Below, piece after piece: positions 27,552 through 36,664 of a stretch of DNA of 40,756 nucleotides (position 1 is the first letter of the stretch; each line of letters starts with the position of its first letter). The position numbers were made by a program, and so were the translations under genes. The DNA lies in NCBI GenBank assembly GCA_964412905.1, contig CAYPQL010000002.1, positions 1 through 40,756 of the forward strand, given 5' to 3'. The stretch comes from an uncultured Candidatus Saccharibacteria bacterium. GTDB lineage: Bacteria > Patescibacteriota > Minisyncoccia > JAHIHE01 > JAGLIN01. A model generated the notes under the pieces. It was not told where the DNA came from, ran no database searches, and saw only the letters and a list, made by a program, of their open reading frames with translations.

Positions 27552-29180
27552 ATGGTTAAAACAACAGAGGAACAATTTAAAAAATGGTTAGAAACGCCTG
27601 AGGAAGGATTGCATTTAGAATTTAAAAAAGCTGAAAATAATTTTAATAAATCAAAAGATTTGCCCGATTATTGCGCTGCTTTGGCGAACGAAAGGGGTGG
27701 TAAATTGATTTTAGGTGTTACCAATGATAGGATTGTGACTGGTACAAGAGTTTTTTCTGGAACAGTCCAGACACTGCCAAATGACCTTATGCAGTTGATA
27801 GGAATCAGAATTGATATTGAAGAATTTTTTTATGAAGGCGAACGAGTTTTAATTTTTCATATTCCCAGCCGTCCGATTGGCAAGGCCATTAAATCAAATA
27901 AGGTTTATTGGATGCGAGCCGGCAGTTCTTTGGTTCCGATGGATGAGGAAACGCTTAAAAATATCTTTAATGAAAATATAGTTGATTTTTCAAGTCAAAT
28001 AGTCCATGGCATGATTCTTGCGGATATTAGTGGCGAGGCAATAGATATTTTTCGGAACAAATGGGCGAAAAAACAAAACCAACCGAAATATCTTGAATTT
28101 TCTGACGAAAAAACTTTACGCGAAGTTGGTTTGATGGATGAAAATAATGGCATAACATATGCCGCATTAATTTTATTTGGAAATAAAAATAAAATCGATC
28201 AATTTATTCCTTGCGCGGAAATAAGTTATGAATGGCGAATGTCCAATACGATAGAACATGATTTCCGTGCTAATTGGCGCGAACCATTTTTTAAAGTTTA
28301 CAATGCTATCTGGCAGGAAACTAACAATAGAAATATCAGATTTCCTTATCAAGAAGGTTTCGTTCAGCGAGAAATATTGGCTTTTTCTGAAAAAGTAATT
28401 CGTGAAGCGGTTTTAAATGCTGTGGCCCACAGGGATTATTCAATTCAAAACGGCTGGATTTTCATAAAAGCCTCTCCATATGAATATAAAATCGAAAGTC
28501 CTGGCGGTTTTTTGCCCGGTATAACGGAGGACAATGCTATAGATCGTCGTGCGACAAGAAATAGGCTTATTTGTGAAATTTTTGAAAAAGCAGGTTTAGT
28601 AGAACGCTCTGGCCAAGGAATTGATCTTATCTTTGAGATTACAATCAGAGAAGGAAAGGGTCTCCCGAGTTTTAAGGGTACGGATAATTATCGAGTAGTT
28701 ATTAATATTCCAGCCGAAGTAAAAGATTTTGGCTTTGTTAAATTTATTGAAAAGATAGCGAACGAAAAACAGCTTAACTTTTCTACAGAAGAAATTATTG
28801 AATTGGAAAGGATAAAAGAAAATGGAAAAATAAAAGGAAACAAGTTTATAAAGAAATTTTTAAGTTTAGGGATTATTGAAAAAGTTGGTAAAACAAGTAA
28901 TTTGTCATATATGTTATCGCATAGATATTATATTAATGAAGGAAAATCTGGCGTTTATACACGAATAGCCGGTTTATCGAGGGAAGAAAAGAAGCAGTTG
29001 ATCCTTAATCATATTCAAAAAAATAAAAAAGGATACGCTAAGGATTTTAAAGACGGGCTTTCTGACATTAAATCAAAAGATGTGTCAAACTTTTTGCAAG
29101 AATTAAAAAAAGAAGGGAAAATAATTCATAAAGGATCAGATAGAAGCGGCTATTGGGAAATTCAAGTTAGCAGTAATTAG
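27552..29180 (+). CDS. Schlafen-like AlbA_2 domain plus HATPase_c_4 (RecG-C-like) ATP-binding protein with a C-terminal wHTH
   Basis: N-terminal EGLHLEFKKA....LPDYCAALANERGGKLILGV fits the AlbA_2 pattern. The middle region REAVLNAVAHRDYS...IESPGGFLPGIT...RNRLICEIFEKAGLVERSGQGI fits the HATPase_c_4 pattern. It starts 7 nt after the res stop. Confidence 0.8.
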   Translation: MVKTTEEQFKKWLETPEEGLHLEFKKAENNFNKSKDLPDYCAALANERGGKLILGVTNDRIVTGTRVFSGTVQTLPNDLMQLIGIRIDIEEFFYEGERVLIFHIPSRPIGKAIKSNKVYWMRAGSSLVPMDEETLKNIFNENIVDFSSQIVHGMILADISGEAIDIFRNKWAKKQNQPKYLEFSDEKTLREVGLMDENNGITYAALILFGNKNKIDQFIPCAEISYEWRMSNTIEHDFRANWREPFFKVYNAIWQETNNRNIRFPYQEGFVQREILAFSEKVIREAVLNAVAHRDYSIQNGWIFIKASPYEYKIESPGGFLPGITEDNAIDRRATRNRLICEIFEKAGLVERSGQGIDLIFEITIREGKGLPSFKGTDNYRVVINIPAEVKDFGFVKFIEKIANEKQLNFSTEEIIELERIKENGKIKGNKFIKKFLSLGIIEKVGKTSNLSYMLSHRYYINEGKSGVYTRIAGLSREEKKQLILNHIQKNKKGYAKDFKDGLSDIKSKDVSNFLQELKKEGKIIHKGSDRSGYWEIQVSSN

Positions 29181-29333
29181 CAGTAATTTAGATGTAATTT
29201 TAATAACAAGCGCTTGTTATAAAGGAAAACCGGTTATTAAATTAGATGTAAATATAACAAATCATCAATGGTTATAAAATGATAATTTTAATGTTTTTTA
29301 TAAATAAACCTTTAAAATAATTTTTTAATAATT

Positions 29334-31826
29334 ATGCCGAGAAAAAAAACAATACTGCCGGTAACTGCCGCATCGGTTAAATCTTATAAACACAAAAATA
29401 AGCGTGTTCGCATTCCGACACAAGAAGAATCGATCAAACTTTCGGCGCGCGAGAAACAACCGGTTAAAACAAAATATGATTATGATCCGTCGCTGGATCC
29501 GCAATTAATTTGGGCCGGCAAAAAAGAGCAAGGCGCGGAATTGGCTGTGCCGACCGTGCCGATTTATGTGCAGGAAAAAATCGCGCCGGAGGCGATTATC
29601 GCGCGCCTAAAGCAGGGGACAAAAGAAGAAACCCAGTATTCTCTTTTTGGCGAAACGGCGCAAGAGCAGTTTGATAAAACAATAGAATTTTATAAGCATG
29701 AGGATAATTGGCAAAACCGTATGATTCTGGGCGATTCACTTTTGGTAATGAATAGCTTGCTGGAAAAAGAAGGTATGCGCGGACGGGTACAGATGATTTA
29801 TATTGATCCGCCATATGGAATCAAGTTTGGCTCTAATTGGCAGGTTTCCACGAGAAAACGGGATGTGAAAGATAATAAGCTGGAGGACTTTATTCGCCAA
29901 CCGGAACAGGTTAAGGCCTTTCGCGATACTTGGGAATTAGGTATTCATTCTTATCTTTCTTATTTGCGCGATCGGCTTTTAGTTGCCCGCGAGCTTCTAA
30001 CTGAAGGCGGAAGTTGTTTTGTGCAGATAAGCGATGAAAATGTGCATTTGGTCAGGAATTTAATGGATGAGGTATTTGGAAGTAATAATTTTGTAAGTCA
30101 AATTACATTAAAACGGGCTTCGGTTATGTTTACTAAAAAATATATAAAAAGCGATGTTTATTATGTTGTTTGGTTTGCAAAAGACATTGATCATTTGAAG
30201 TATCGCCAAATATACAAAGAACAAACCTTACAAGAATTTGCGGATAGCTCAGGTTCACATTTGTGGTTTGAGGAAGCAAATACAAAACAATGTACTAAAG
30301 CAACGCCAGAACAAAGGAAAAACATCGAAAAATATTTAAAAAATAATCCATCCCTAATTCCATTTTCGACACTTGGATTGAATGCCCAGGGCATAGAAAA
30401 ACAAAAACCTTTTAATTTTAAAGGGAAAGATTATTTTCCTCCAAAGGGGACTCAGTGGAAAAGCTCCTATATTGGCTTACAAAAATTGGTTGATATCGGA
30501 AGACTAATTATCGAAGGAAATAATATTAGATATAAATATTACCACAAAGATTATCCTGTTAGTGAAATGGGGAATTATTGGGAATCAATAGGCGCACCGG
30601 GAGATAAAATATATGTTGTTCAAACAAGCGAAGAAATTAATCGGCGTTGTATTTTATTAACAACCGATCCGGGCGATTTGGTTTTAGACCCGACTTGCGG
30701 CTCCGGAACGACTGCTTTTGTCGCCGAGCAGTGGGGTAGGCGATGGATTACCATTGATACTTCTCGCGTTTCTTTGGCGTTGGCGCGCACACGACTAATG
30801 ACGGCTAAATTTTCATGTTATAAACTCAAAGATAGACATAGCGTTTCAGCCGGATTTGAATATAAAACCGTGCCGCATGTGACTTTAAAATCTCTCGCCA
30901 ATGATGAGCCGGCGGAGCGGGAAGTTTTATACGATCAGCCGTTTGAAAATAAAGATATTGTTCGCGTGTCTGGTCCGTTCACGGTTGAATCTCTTTCGCC
31001 GCATCGAGTTTCCGACGCGCAAGAAATGCTTTCTTCCGAGCGATTTGTGGAAACGATTGTCAGTAATCTTTTGAAATCCGGCGTACAAACCGGTGAAAAA
31101 GGCGCGCGGGTGGAATTTGTAAATCTGGATATTTTGCCGAGTGGCCCGGAAGTGCAGGCCGTCGGAGAATATAAAACTAATGACGGATTGAAAAAAGTCG
31201 CGGTTTCTATTGGCCCTGAATTTGGCAGTATTGACGATGATTTCATTCGCGATGCCTCCACTATTGCCAAGAAATTCGCCGATCTTCTCGTAATTGCCGC
31301 TACATCTTTTGAAGCATCGGCGTTTTCCGAGCCGACACAAGTCAATGGTTTGCAAATAATGAAAGTAAAAATCAACCCGGATTTGTCTATGGGCGATTTG
31401 CTTAAAAAAACCAGCTCTGGCAATTTATTTATCGCCTTTGGCGAGCCGGAAGTGAAAATTAAAGAAACAAAAGATGGCGTGACGGTGGAAATTGTCGGCG
31501 TGGATATTTATGATCCGGTAAAAAGCGAAATTCGTTCTAGTGGCTCTGGCGATCCGGAACATGAAATTGCCGCATGGTTTATTGATACCAATTACAATAA
31601 AGAAGCGTTTTTTGTAACTCATGCCTACTTCTTGGGCGCTAATAAGCCGTATGAGAAACTAAAAAAAGCGCTGAAAGCCGATATTGACGAGGCTGCGTGG
31701 GAAGAATTATATTCCACAATTTCCCGACCGTTTGCAAAACCAAAAACCGGCAAAATCGCTGTGAAAGTTATCAATCATTATGGCGATGAAGTTATGAAAA
31801 TTATTGAAATTAAACAAGGGAGGTGA
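29334..31826 (+). CDS. mod: Type III-like DNA methyltransferase Mod (beta-class N6A/N4C MTase)
   Basis: Motif IV (IYIDPPYG) lies upstream of motif I (LDPTCGSGTTAFVA), which is the beta permutation typical of Mod. N-terminal DPSLDPQLIWAGK...PIYVQEKI is typical of the family partnered with this Res type. Confidence 0.88.
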   Translation: MPRKKTILPVTAASVKSYKHKNKRVRIPTQEESIKLSAREKQPVKTKYDYDPSLDPQLIWAGKKEQGAELAVPTVPIYVQEKIAPEAIIARLKQGTKEETQYSLFGETAQEQFDKTIEFYKHEDNWQNRMILGDSLLVMNSLLEKEGMRGRVQMIYIDPPYGIKFGSNWQVSTRKRDVKDNKLEDFIRQPEQVKAFRDTWELGIHSYLSYLRDRLLVARELLTEGGSCFVQISDENVHLVRNLMDEVFGSNNFVSQITLKRASVMFTKKYIKSDVYYVVWFAKDIDHLKYRQIYKEQTLQEFADSSGSHLWFEEANTKQCTKATPEQRKNIEKYLKNNPSLIPFSTLGLNAQGIEKQKPFNFKGKDYFPPKGTQWKSSYIGLQKLVDIGRLIIEGNNIRYKYYHKDYPVSEMGNYWESIGAPGDKIYVVQTSEEINRRCILLTTDPGDLVLDPTCGSGTTAFVAEQWGRRWITIDTSRVSLALARTRLMTAKFSCYKLKDRHSVSAGFEYKTVPHVTLKSLANDEPAEREVLYDQPFENKDIVRVSGPFTVESLSPHRVSDAQEMLSSERFVETIVSNLLKSGVQTGEKGARVEFVNLDILPSGPEVQAVGEYKTNDGLKKVAVSIGPEFGSIDDDFIRDASTIAKKFADLLVIAATSFEASAFSEPTQVNGLQIMKVKINPDLSMGDLLKKTSSGNLFIAFGEPEVKIKETKDGVTVEIVGVDIYDPVKSEIRSSGSGDPEHEIAAWFIDTNYNKEAFFVTHAYFLGANKPYEKLKKALKADIDEAAWEELYSTISRPFAKPKTGKIAVKVINHYGDEVMKIIEIKQGR

Positions 31827-32212
31827 TTAAAATTTATAATTAAATCTATTTTTAGATAATAATTAGTGTGCAACTTTGCCCCCTATTGCTAGGCGCTTTC
31901 GTTTGTTTTGTAATGATAATGCGCAAGTTATTGCGCGATAAAATATAAAAGTGAAGCATAATAAAACAACAGATGCGCGCCTCGGCTTATCACTTGAATA
32001 AATTTTGTTTAGTCGTCAATAAAAATTTATAATCCGTAGCAAGAGAACACCTCGTGGTGTTTTTAAAGACACGCAGAGTGTTCGCAATTTTTATGTTTTT
32101 TCTTTACAAATAATATCAATAGTGGTATTTTATCTATGTGCCGTGGAAAAACACACGGGGAGATAAATATAATTCATCTCAATAACTTTAAGTAAAATAA
32201 TCATACTAAATC

Positions 32213-33934
32213 ATGAAATTTTCTAAATATTTTTTAAAAACTGCCAAAAATGTATCCAATGAAGATAAAAGCGTTTCAGCAAAACTTCTTAAACAGGGCG
32301 GATTTATTCGCGAATCCGTTGCCGGGCGCTATTATTTCCTGCCTATTGGGCAGAAAGTACAACAAAAAATAATGCAAGTTATAAAGGAAGAAATGGATTC
32401 TGCGGGGGCGCAAGAAATGGTCACGCCAATTTTACATCCGTTGGAATTATGGAAAGAAACGAACAGAATCAATACTGCCGGTTTTGAGCTAATGAAAGTT
32501 AAAGATCGCCGGGGCGCGGAATTTGCTTTGGGCGGCACTGCGGAAGAAATGTTCGTTGATCTGATTCGCCAATATAAATTAAGTTACCGCGATTTGCCTT
32601 TTCAGATTTATCAATTTTCGCCGAAGTTTCGCGATGAATTGCGCGCTCGCGGAGGATTGCTTCGGGTACGGGAATTTATAATGAAAGACGGTTATTCATT
32701 TCATAAAGACGAAGAAGATTTTAAAGTTGAGTATGAAAAAATGAAAAAGGTTTACACTAGAATATTCGACCGGCTAGGTTTAAAAACTTCTATTGTAGAA
32801 TCTGATAACGGATATATCGGCGGAGAATATTGCCATGAGTTTATTGTTGAGTCAGAAATTGGAGAAAGCGCTTATTTTATCGCGGAAAAAGGTGAATATG
32901 CCGCGCACGAAGATATTGCCGTATTTAAAAAAGAGATTAAGAATAAGGAGGAGGTACAGCAGTTATTGAAAGAGGTTGATGCTGAACGAGGGGCGACAAT
33001 GGAAGACGGGGTTAAATTTCATAAATTACCTCTTTGGCAACAGATCAAAGACGTTCTCTTTGTGGATGATAAAAAAAGATTTATTCTGGCAATTATCAGA
33101 GGTGATTTTGATGTGAATGAAGTTAAATTAAAAAATCTTATTAAATCGACCACACTAAGACATGCAACAGATGAAGAGATTAGAGAACAAATTAAATCAG
33201 AACCGGGTTTTATTTCTCCGGTCGGAATTAAAAAAGGAATTGATAAAAATGTTGAGCTTGTTATTGCAGCTGATGATTCCTTAAGAACAATCGCCAATGC
33301 TTATGGCGGAAGCAATAGGAAAAACAAGGATCTTTTGAATGTGAATATTGATAGAGATTATGAGCCGGATATGGAAGGTGACATTGCTTTAGCAAAAGCC
33401 GGATATGAAGCGCTTGGCAGCGCGGGTAAGCTGTTTGAAAAATGCGGGATTGAAGTTGGAAATATTTTTCAACTTGGATATCATTACTCAAATAAAATGA
33501 AAGGCGCTGTTTATATTAACGCGGAAGGGAAGGAAAAGCCATATTATATGGGTTCTTATGGAATTGGCATTGGGCGAACAATGGCGGCTATTGTTGAAAA
33601 ATATAACGACCAAAACGGCATCATCTGGCCGAAATCAATCGCGCCGTATCAAGTTCATTTGATTTCTTTGGGCGGCGATGAAGCTGTTATAAAAGAATCG
33701 GAAAAGATATATGATTCTTTACAAAAGGAAAAAATTGAAGTATTATATGACGACCGCGACGAATCGGCGGGAATAAAATTCAAAGACTCGGATTTAATCG
33801 GAATTCCGCTTAGAATCGTGGTTAGCAAGAAGACCATGGAGAAAAATAACGTTGAAATAAAAAGAAGAGACAAAGATAATTCTGAACTTGTTAAAATTAG
33901 CGATTTAATAAATTTTTTAGAGAAAAATAAATAA
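32213..33934 (+). CDS. proS: proline--tRNA ligase (bacterial type, intact)
   Basis: Class II motifs (FRDELRARGGLLRVREFIMKDGYSF; GSYGIGIGR), an internal insertion domain and a C-terminal anticodon-binding domain. Length 573 aa. Confidence 0.92.
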   Translation: MKFSKYFLKTAKNVSNEDKSVSAKLLKQGGFIRESVAGRYYFLPIGQKVQQKIMQVIKEEMDSAGAQEMVTPILHPLELWKETNRINTAGFELMKVKDRRGAEFALGGTAEEMFVDLIRQYKLSYRDLPFQIYQFSPKFRDELRARGGLLRVREFIMKDGYSFHKDEEDFKVEYEKMKKVYTRIFDRLGLKTSIVESDNGYIGGEYCHEFIVESEIGESAYFIAEKGEYAAHEDIAVFKKEIKNKEEVQQLLKEVDAERGATMEDGVKFHKLPLWQQIKDVLFVDDKKRFILAIIRGDFDVNEVKLKNLIKSTTLRHATDEEIREQIKSEPGFISPVGIKKGIDKNVELVIAADDSLRTIANAYGGSNRKNKDLLNVNIDRDYEPDMEGDIALAKAGYEALGSAGKLFEKCGIEVGNIFQLGYHYSNKMKGAVYINAEGKEKPYYMGSYGIGIGRTMAAIVEKYNDQNGIIWPKSIAPYQVHLISLGGDEAVIKESEKIYDSLQKEKIEVLYDDRDESAGIKFKDSDLIGIPLRIVVSKKTMEKNNVEIKRRDKDNSELVKISDLINFLEKNK

Positions 33935-33987
33935 TAGATATTGGATGTTTGAAGTATTATCTTAAATTACAAAATGCTATTTTAGTT

Positions 33988-34100
33988 TGTCATCTCGAAA
34001 TGAGCATCAGCGATTGAGAGATCTAAAAGCTATATTTAAATCAACCGTTCTTTCCGTATTCTATTGTTCATAGATTTCTCGCGACACGCTCGAAATGACA
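33988..34100. repeat. palindromic MITE-like element, family A (longer, degenerate copy)
   Basis: The left end TGTCATCTCGAAATGAGC is degenerate. The right end AGATTTCTCGCGACACGCTCGAAATGACA is canonical. Confidence 0.65.
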
Positions 34101-34170
34101 AATATGTTATTTCGTAATTCAAAGATATTAGATATTATTTTTTTTACTGTAATTAAAAGAAATTATTATC

Positions 34171-34210
34171 TTAATATCCAATTATCCAATTATCCAATAT
34201 TAATATCCAT
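34171..34210. repeat. 8-mer array (TATCCAAT x3 plus variants) abutting the mreB start
   Basis: Direct read. It is the complement of the GATATTGG-type arrays at 18837 and 33937. Confidence 0.85.
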
Positions 34211-34213
34211 TTT

Positions 34214-35266
34214 ATGTTAAACAAACTCTTCGGCTACCTAAGCCATGACATCGGAATAGATCTGGGAACGGCGAATACTCTTGTCTATGTAAAAGGCAAG
34301 GGGATCATTATCAACGAGCCGTCCGTAGTCGCCTTGAACAAGAAAACAGGGCGGATTTTGGCGATCGGAAAAGAGGCGAAAAAAATGGTTGGCAAGACTC
34401 CGTCGCATATCGTAGCCACTCGCCCGCTTGTTGACGGAGTAATTTCCGATTTTGAAGTCACCGAGCAAATGCTCAGATATTTTATTGAAAAAGTGCACAA
34501 AGAATCTTTCGCGCTTTTTCCGCGGCCGAGAGTCGTGGTCGGCGTTCCTTCCGGCGTGACGGAAGTTGAAAAAAAAGCGGTAATAGACGCAACCGTAAGC
34601 GCCGGAGCGAGAGAGGCGTATCTGATTGAAGAGCCGATGGCGGCGGCGATCGGAGTCCGTCTTCCGGTGCAAGAAGCGGCGGGAAATATGATCGTTGATA
34701 TTGGGGGAGGAACGACCGAAGTCGCTGTCATATCTCTAGGAGGAATCGTGGCAAGCAGAAGCCTTAGGATCGCCGGAGACGAGCTGAATGAAAATATAGT
34801 CCAGTTTGCGAGAGACGAGGCTAATTTGCTGTTGGGAGAAAAAACCGCGGAGAATATAAAAATAGGGATCGGCTCGGCCTATTTTCAAGAAGAAAAAATG
34901 GAAATGTCAATGCGCGGAAGGGATCTAGTCACCGGACTTCCGAAAGAGGTTCTGGTAAATGATGAGCAAATCAGAAAAGCTCTGGCAAAGTCTGTCAAGG
35001 TTTTGGTTGATAACATCAAAGCCACCATAGAAGAAACCCCGCCCGAACTTGTGGCGGACATAATGACCAGAGGAATTATCCTTGTCGGCGGCGGCGCCTT
35101 GCTTCGCGGGTTGGACAAATTGGTAAGCGAGCAGACAAGAATGCCCGTGAAAGTGGCGGACGATCCTCTCACGGCCGTGGCCCGCGGCGCCGGAATTGTT
35201 TTGGAAGACATAGAAAAATTAAGAGAAGTCCTCCTCTCCATGGAAAATGAAAGAGCGCCGGAGTAG
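34214..35266 (+). CDS. mreB: rod shape-determining protein MreB
   Basis: Actin-fold motifs: DIGIDLGTANTLVY, IVDIGGGTTEVAVISLGG, GIILVGGGALLRGL. Confidence 0.95.
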   Translation: MLNKLFGYLSHDIGIDLGTANTLVYVKGKGIIINEPSVVALNKKTGRILAIGKEAKKMVGKTPSHIVATRPLVDGVISDFEVTEQMLRYFIEKVHKESFALFPRPRVVVGVPSGVTEVEKKAVIDATVSAGAREAYLIEEPMAAAIGVRLPVQEAAGNMIVDIGGGTTEVAVISLGGIVASRSLRIAGDELNENIVQFARDEANLLLGEKTAENIKIGIGSAYFQEEKMEMSMRGRDLVTGLPKEVLVNDEQIRKALAKSVKVLVDNIKATIEETPPELVADIMTRGIILVGGGALLRGLDKLVSEQTRMPVKVADDPLTAVARGAGIVLEDIEKLREVLLSMENERAPE

Positions 35267-35325
35267 ATCAATTTGGAATCGGTAATCAATAATTTGGGAT
35301 TGATGAATTAAGAGCCTAATAAATT

Positions 35326-36150
35326 ATGGCCAAAGAAATTAATGTAAAAATAGGAACTTTTGTTTTTTTATTGCTGGCGGCTTTGTCGCTGATTTTTTTG
35401 AATAAGGCGGGATATTTGAATCAGACAAAGAATTTTGCGGCCTATTTCGCGGGGAATATTATGGAAATATTCCAATCGTCGTCAAACAAGATAAGCGATT
35501 TTTTCTGGACGATCAAAAACATAAGCGAATTTAAAAATGAAAACATAAGGCTCCAAGAAGAAAATTTGAAAATGAATTATGAAATTTCAATGTCAAAAGA
35601 AATTCAAAGGGAAAATGATGTCTTGAGAAAACAATTTGAGTTTTCCAAAAAAAGCTGCTCCGAAGAAATTTGCGTAAAATGGAAAATGGCCGGTGTCATA
35701 GGAAGAGATCCCGGCAATTTCGGCAAGCAAGTTTTTATTGATCTGGGAAGCGCCGATGGAATTCAAGAAGGACAGGCGGTCGTCGCATCGGGAGGATTGC
35801 TGGTCGGAAAAGTGGCGGAAGTTTTTGGCGGCTTTTCAAAAATTACGCTTATAACGGACCCGAAAAGCTCCGTCAATTCCATAACCCAAACCGGCAGGGC
35901 GAACGGCGTCGTCAAAGGCAGTTATGCGACGGGAGTAAAACTGGAAATGATAAATCAATCGGAAGATCTTGCCGTCGGCGACCTGGTCATAACTTCCGGG
36001 CTGGAAGATAAAATTCCCAAAGGATTGATTATTGGGAAAGTTTCGCGGGTTGAAGAATCCGCGAATAAGGTTTTCAAATCGGCGCAAATAGATATGTTCG
36101 CGGATTTTAACCGCATGGAAGAAATATTCATAGCAAACAAATATGATTAA
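35326..36150 (+). CDS. mreC: rod shape-determining protein MreC
   Basis: N-terminal TM segment, a coiled coil (ENIRLQEENLKM) and a C-terminal GDLVITSGLEDKIPKGLIIGKV. Lies directly downstream of mreB. Confidence 0.85.
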   Translation: MAKEINVKIGTFVFLLLAALSLIFLNKAGYLNQTKNFAAYFAGNIMEIFQSSSNKISDFFWTIKNISEFKNENIRLQEENLKMNYEISMSKEIQRENDVLRKQFEFSKKSCSEEICVKWKMAGVIGRDPGNFGKQVFIDLGSADGIQEGQAVVASGGLLVGKVAEVFGGFSKITLITDPKSSVNSITQTGRANGVVKGSYATGVKLEMINQSEDLAVGDLVITSGLEDKIPKGLIIGKVSRVEESANKVFKSAQIDMFADFNRMEEIFIANKYD

Positions 36151-36664
36151 TGAAAATGTGGAAAATCTTATATTCATCCCTCTTTTGTTTATTTTTTTAT
36201 TTTTGCAAATTACTTTTATTCCTCAGCTTTTCCCCGAGAATTGCGCGCCGAATATTATTCTTATTCTATTGATAGCGGCCGCTGTTATAGACGCCAAGTC
36301 GGCGAATATATTTTTTGTTTCTTTTTTTGTTGGATTTATTATGGATATTTTTTCGGGAGATTCTTTCGGATTCATCACTCTCGGCGTTCTTTCGGCGATC
36401 TTTGTTTCATCCTACTTAAGCTATTATTTTCTGAAAGAATTATTTTCGCGCAATCTGATTATGATTTCAGTTTCCGCCGTTTTGGCTTATAATGCCGCGT
36501 ATATTTTTCTGATCAGCATCGGCGATTTTTATCAAACTTTTTCTAACATAAGACAATTTCTATTTATAATTTTCTTTCAAATAATTTACGCGCTAATCCT
36601 GATTTATCCTTTAACTTATATTCTTTTAAGCAAAAATGAAAAAAGATTATTTCATAAAAAATAA
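36143..36664 (+). CDS. mreD: rod shape-determining protein MreD (by position and topology)
   Basis: Polytopic hydrophobic 173-aa ORF overlapping the mreC stop, in the standard mreBCD order. Confidence 0.7.
   Translation: MINENVENLIFIPLLFIFLFLQITFIPQLFPENCAPNIILILLIAAAVIDAKSANIFFVSFFVGFIMDIFSGDSFGFITLGVLSAIFVSSYLSYYFLKELFSRNLIMISVSAVLAYNAAYIFLISIGDFYQTFSNIRQFLFIIFFQIIYALILIYPLTYILLSKNEKRLFHKK

Noticed and set aside
31827-32212. T-box riboswitch leader for proS
   Set aside because: No T-box consensus (AANNNGGGTGGTACCGCG-like) or specifier-loop architecture was seen. Only a small hairpin with a U-run is present.
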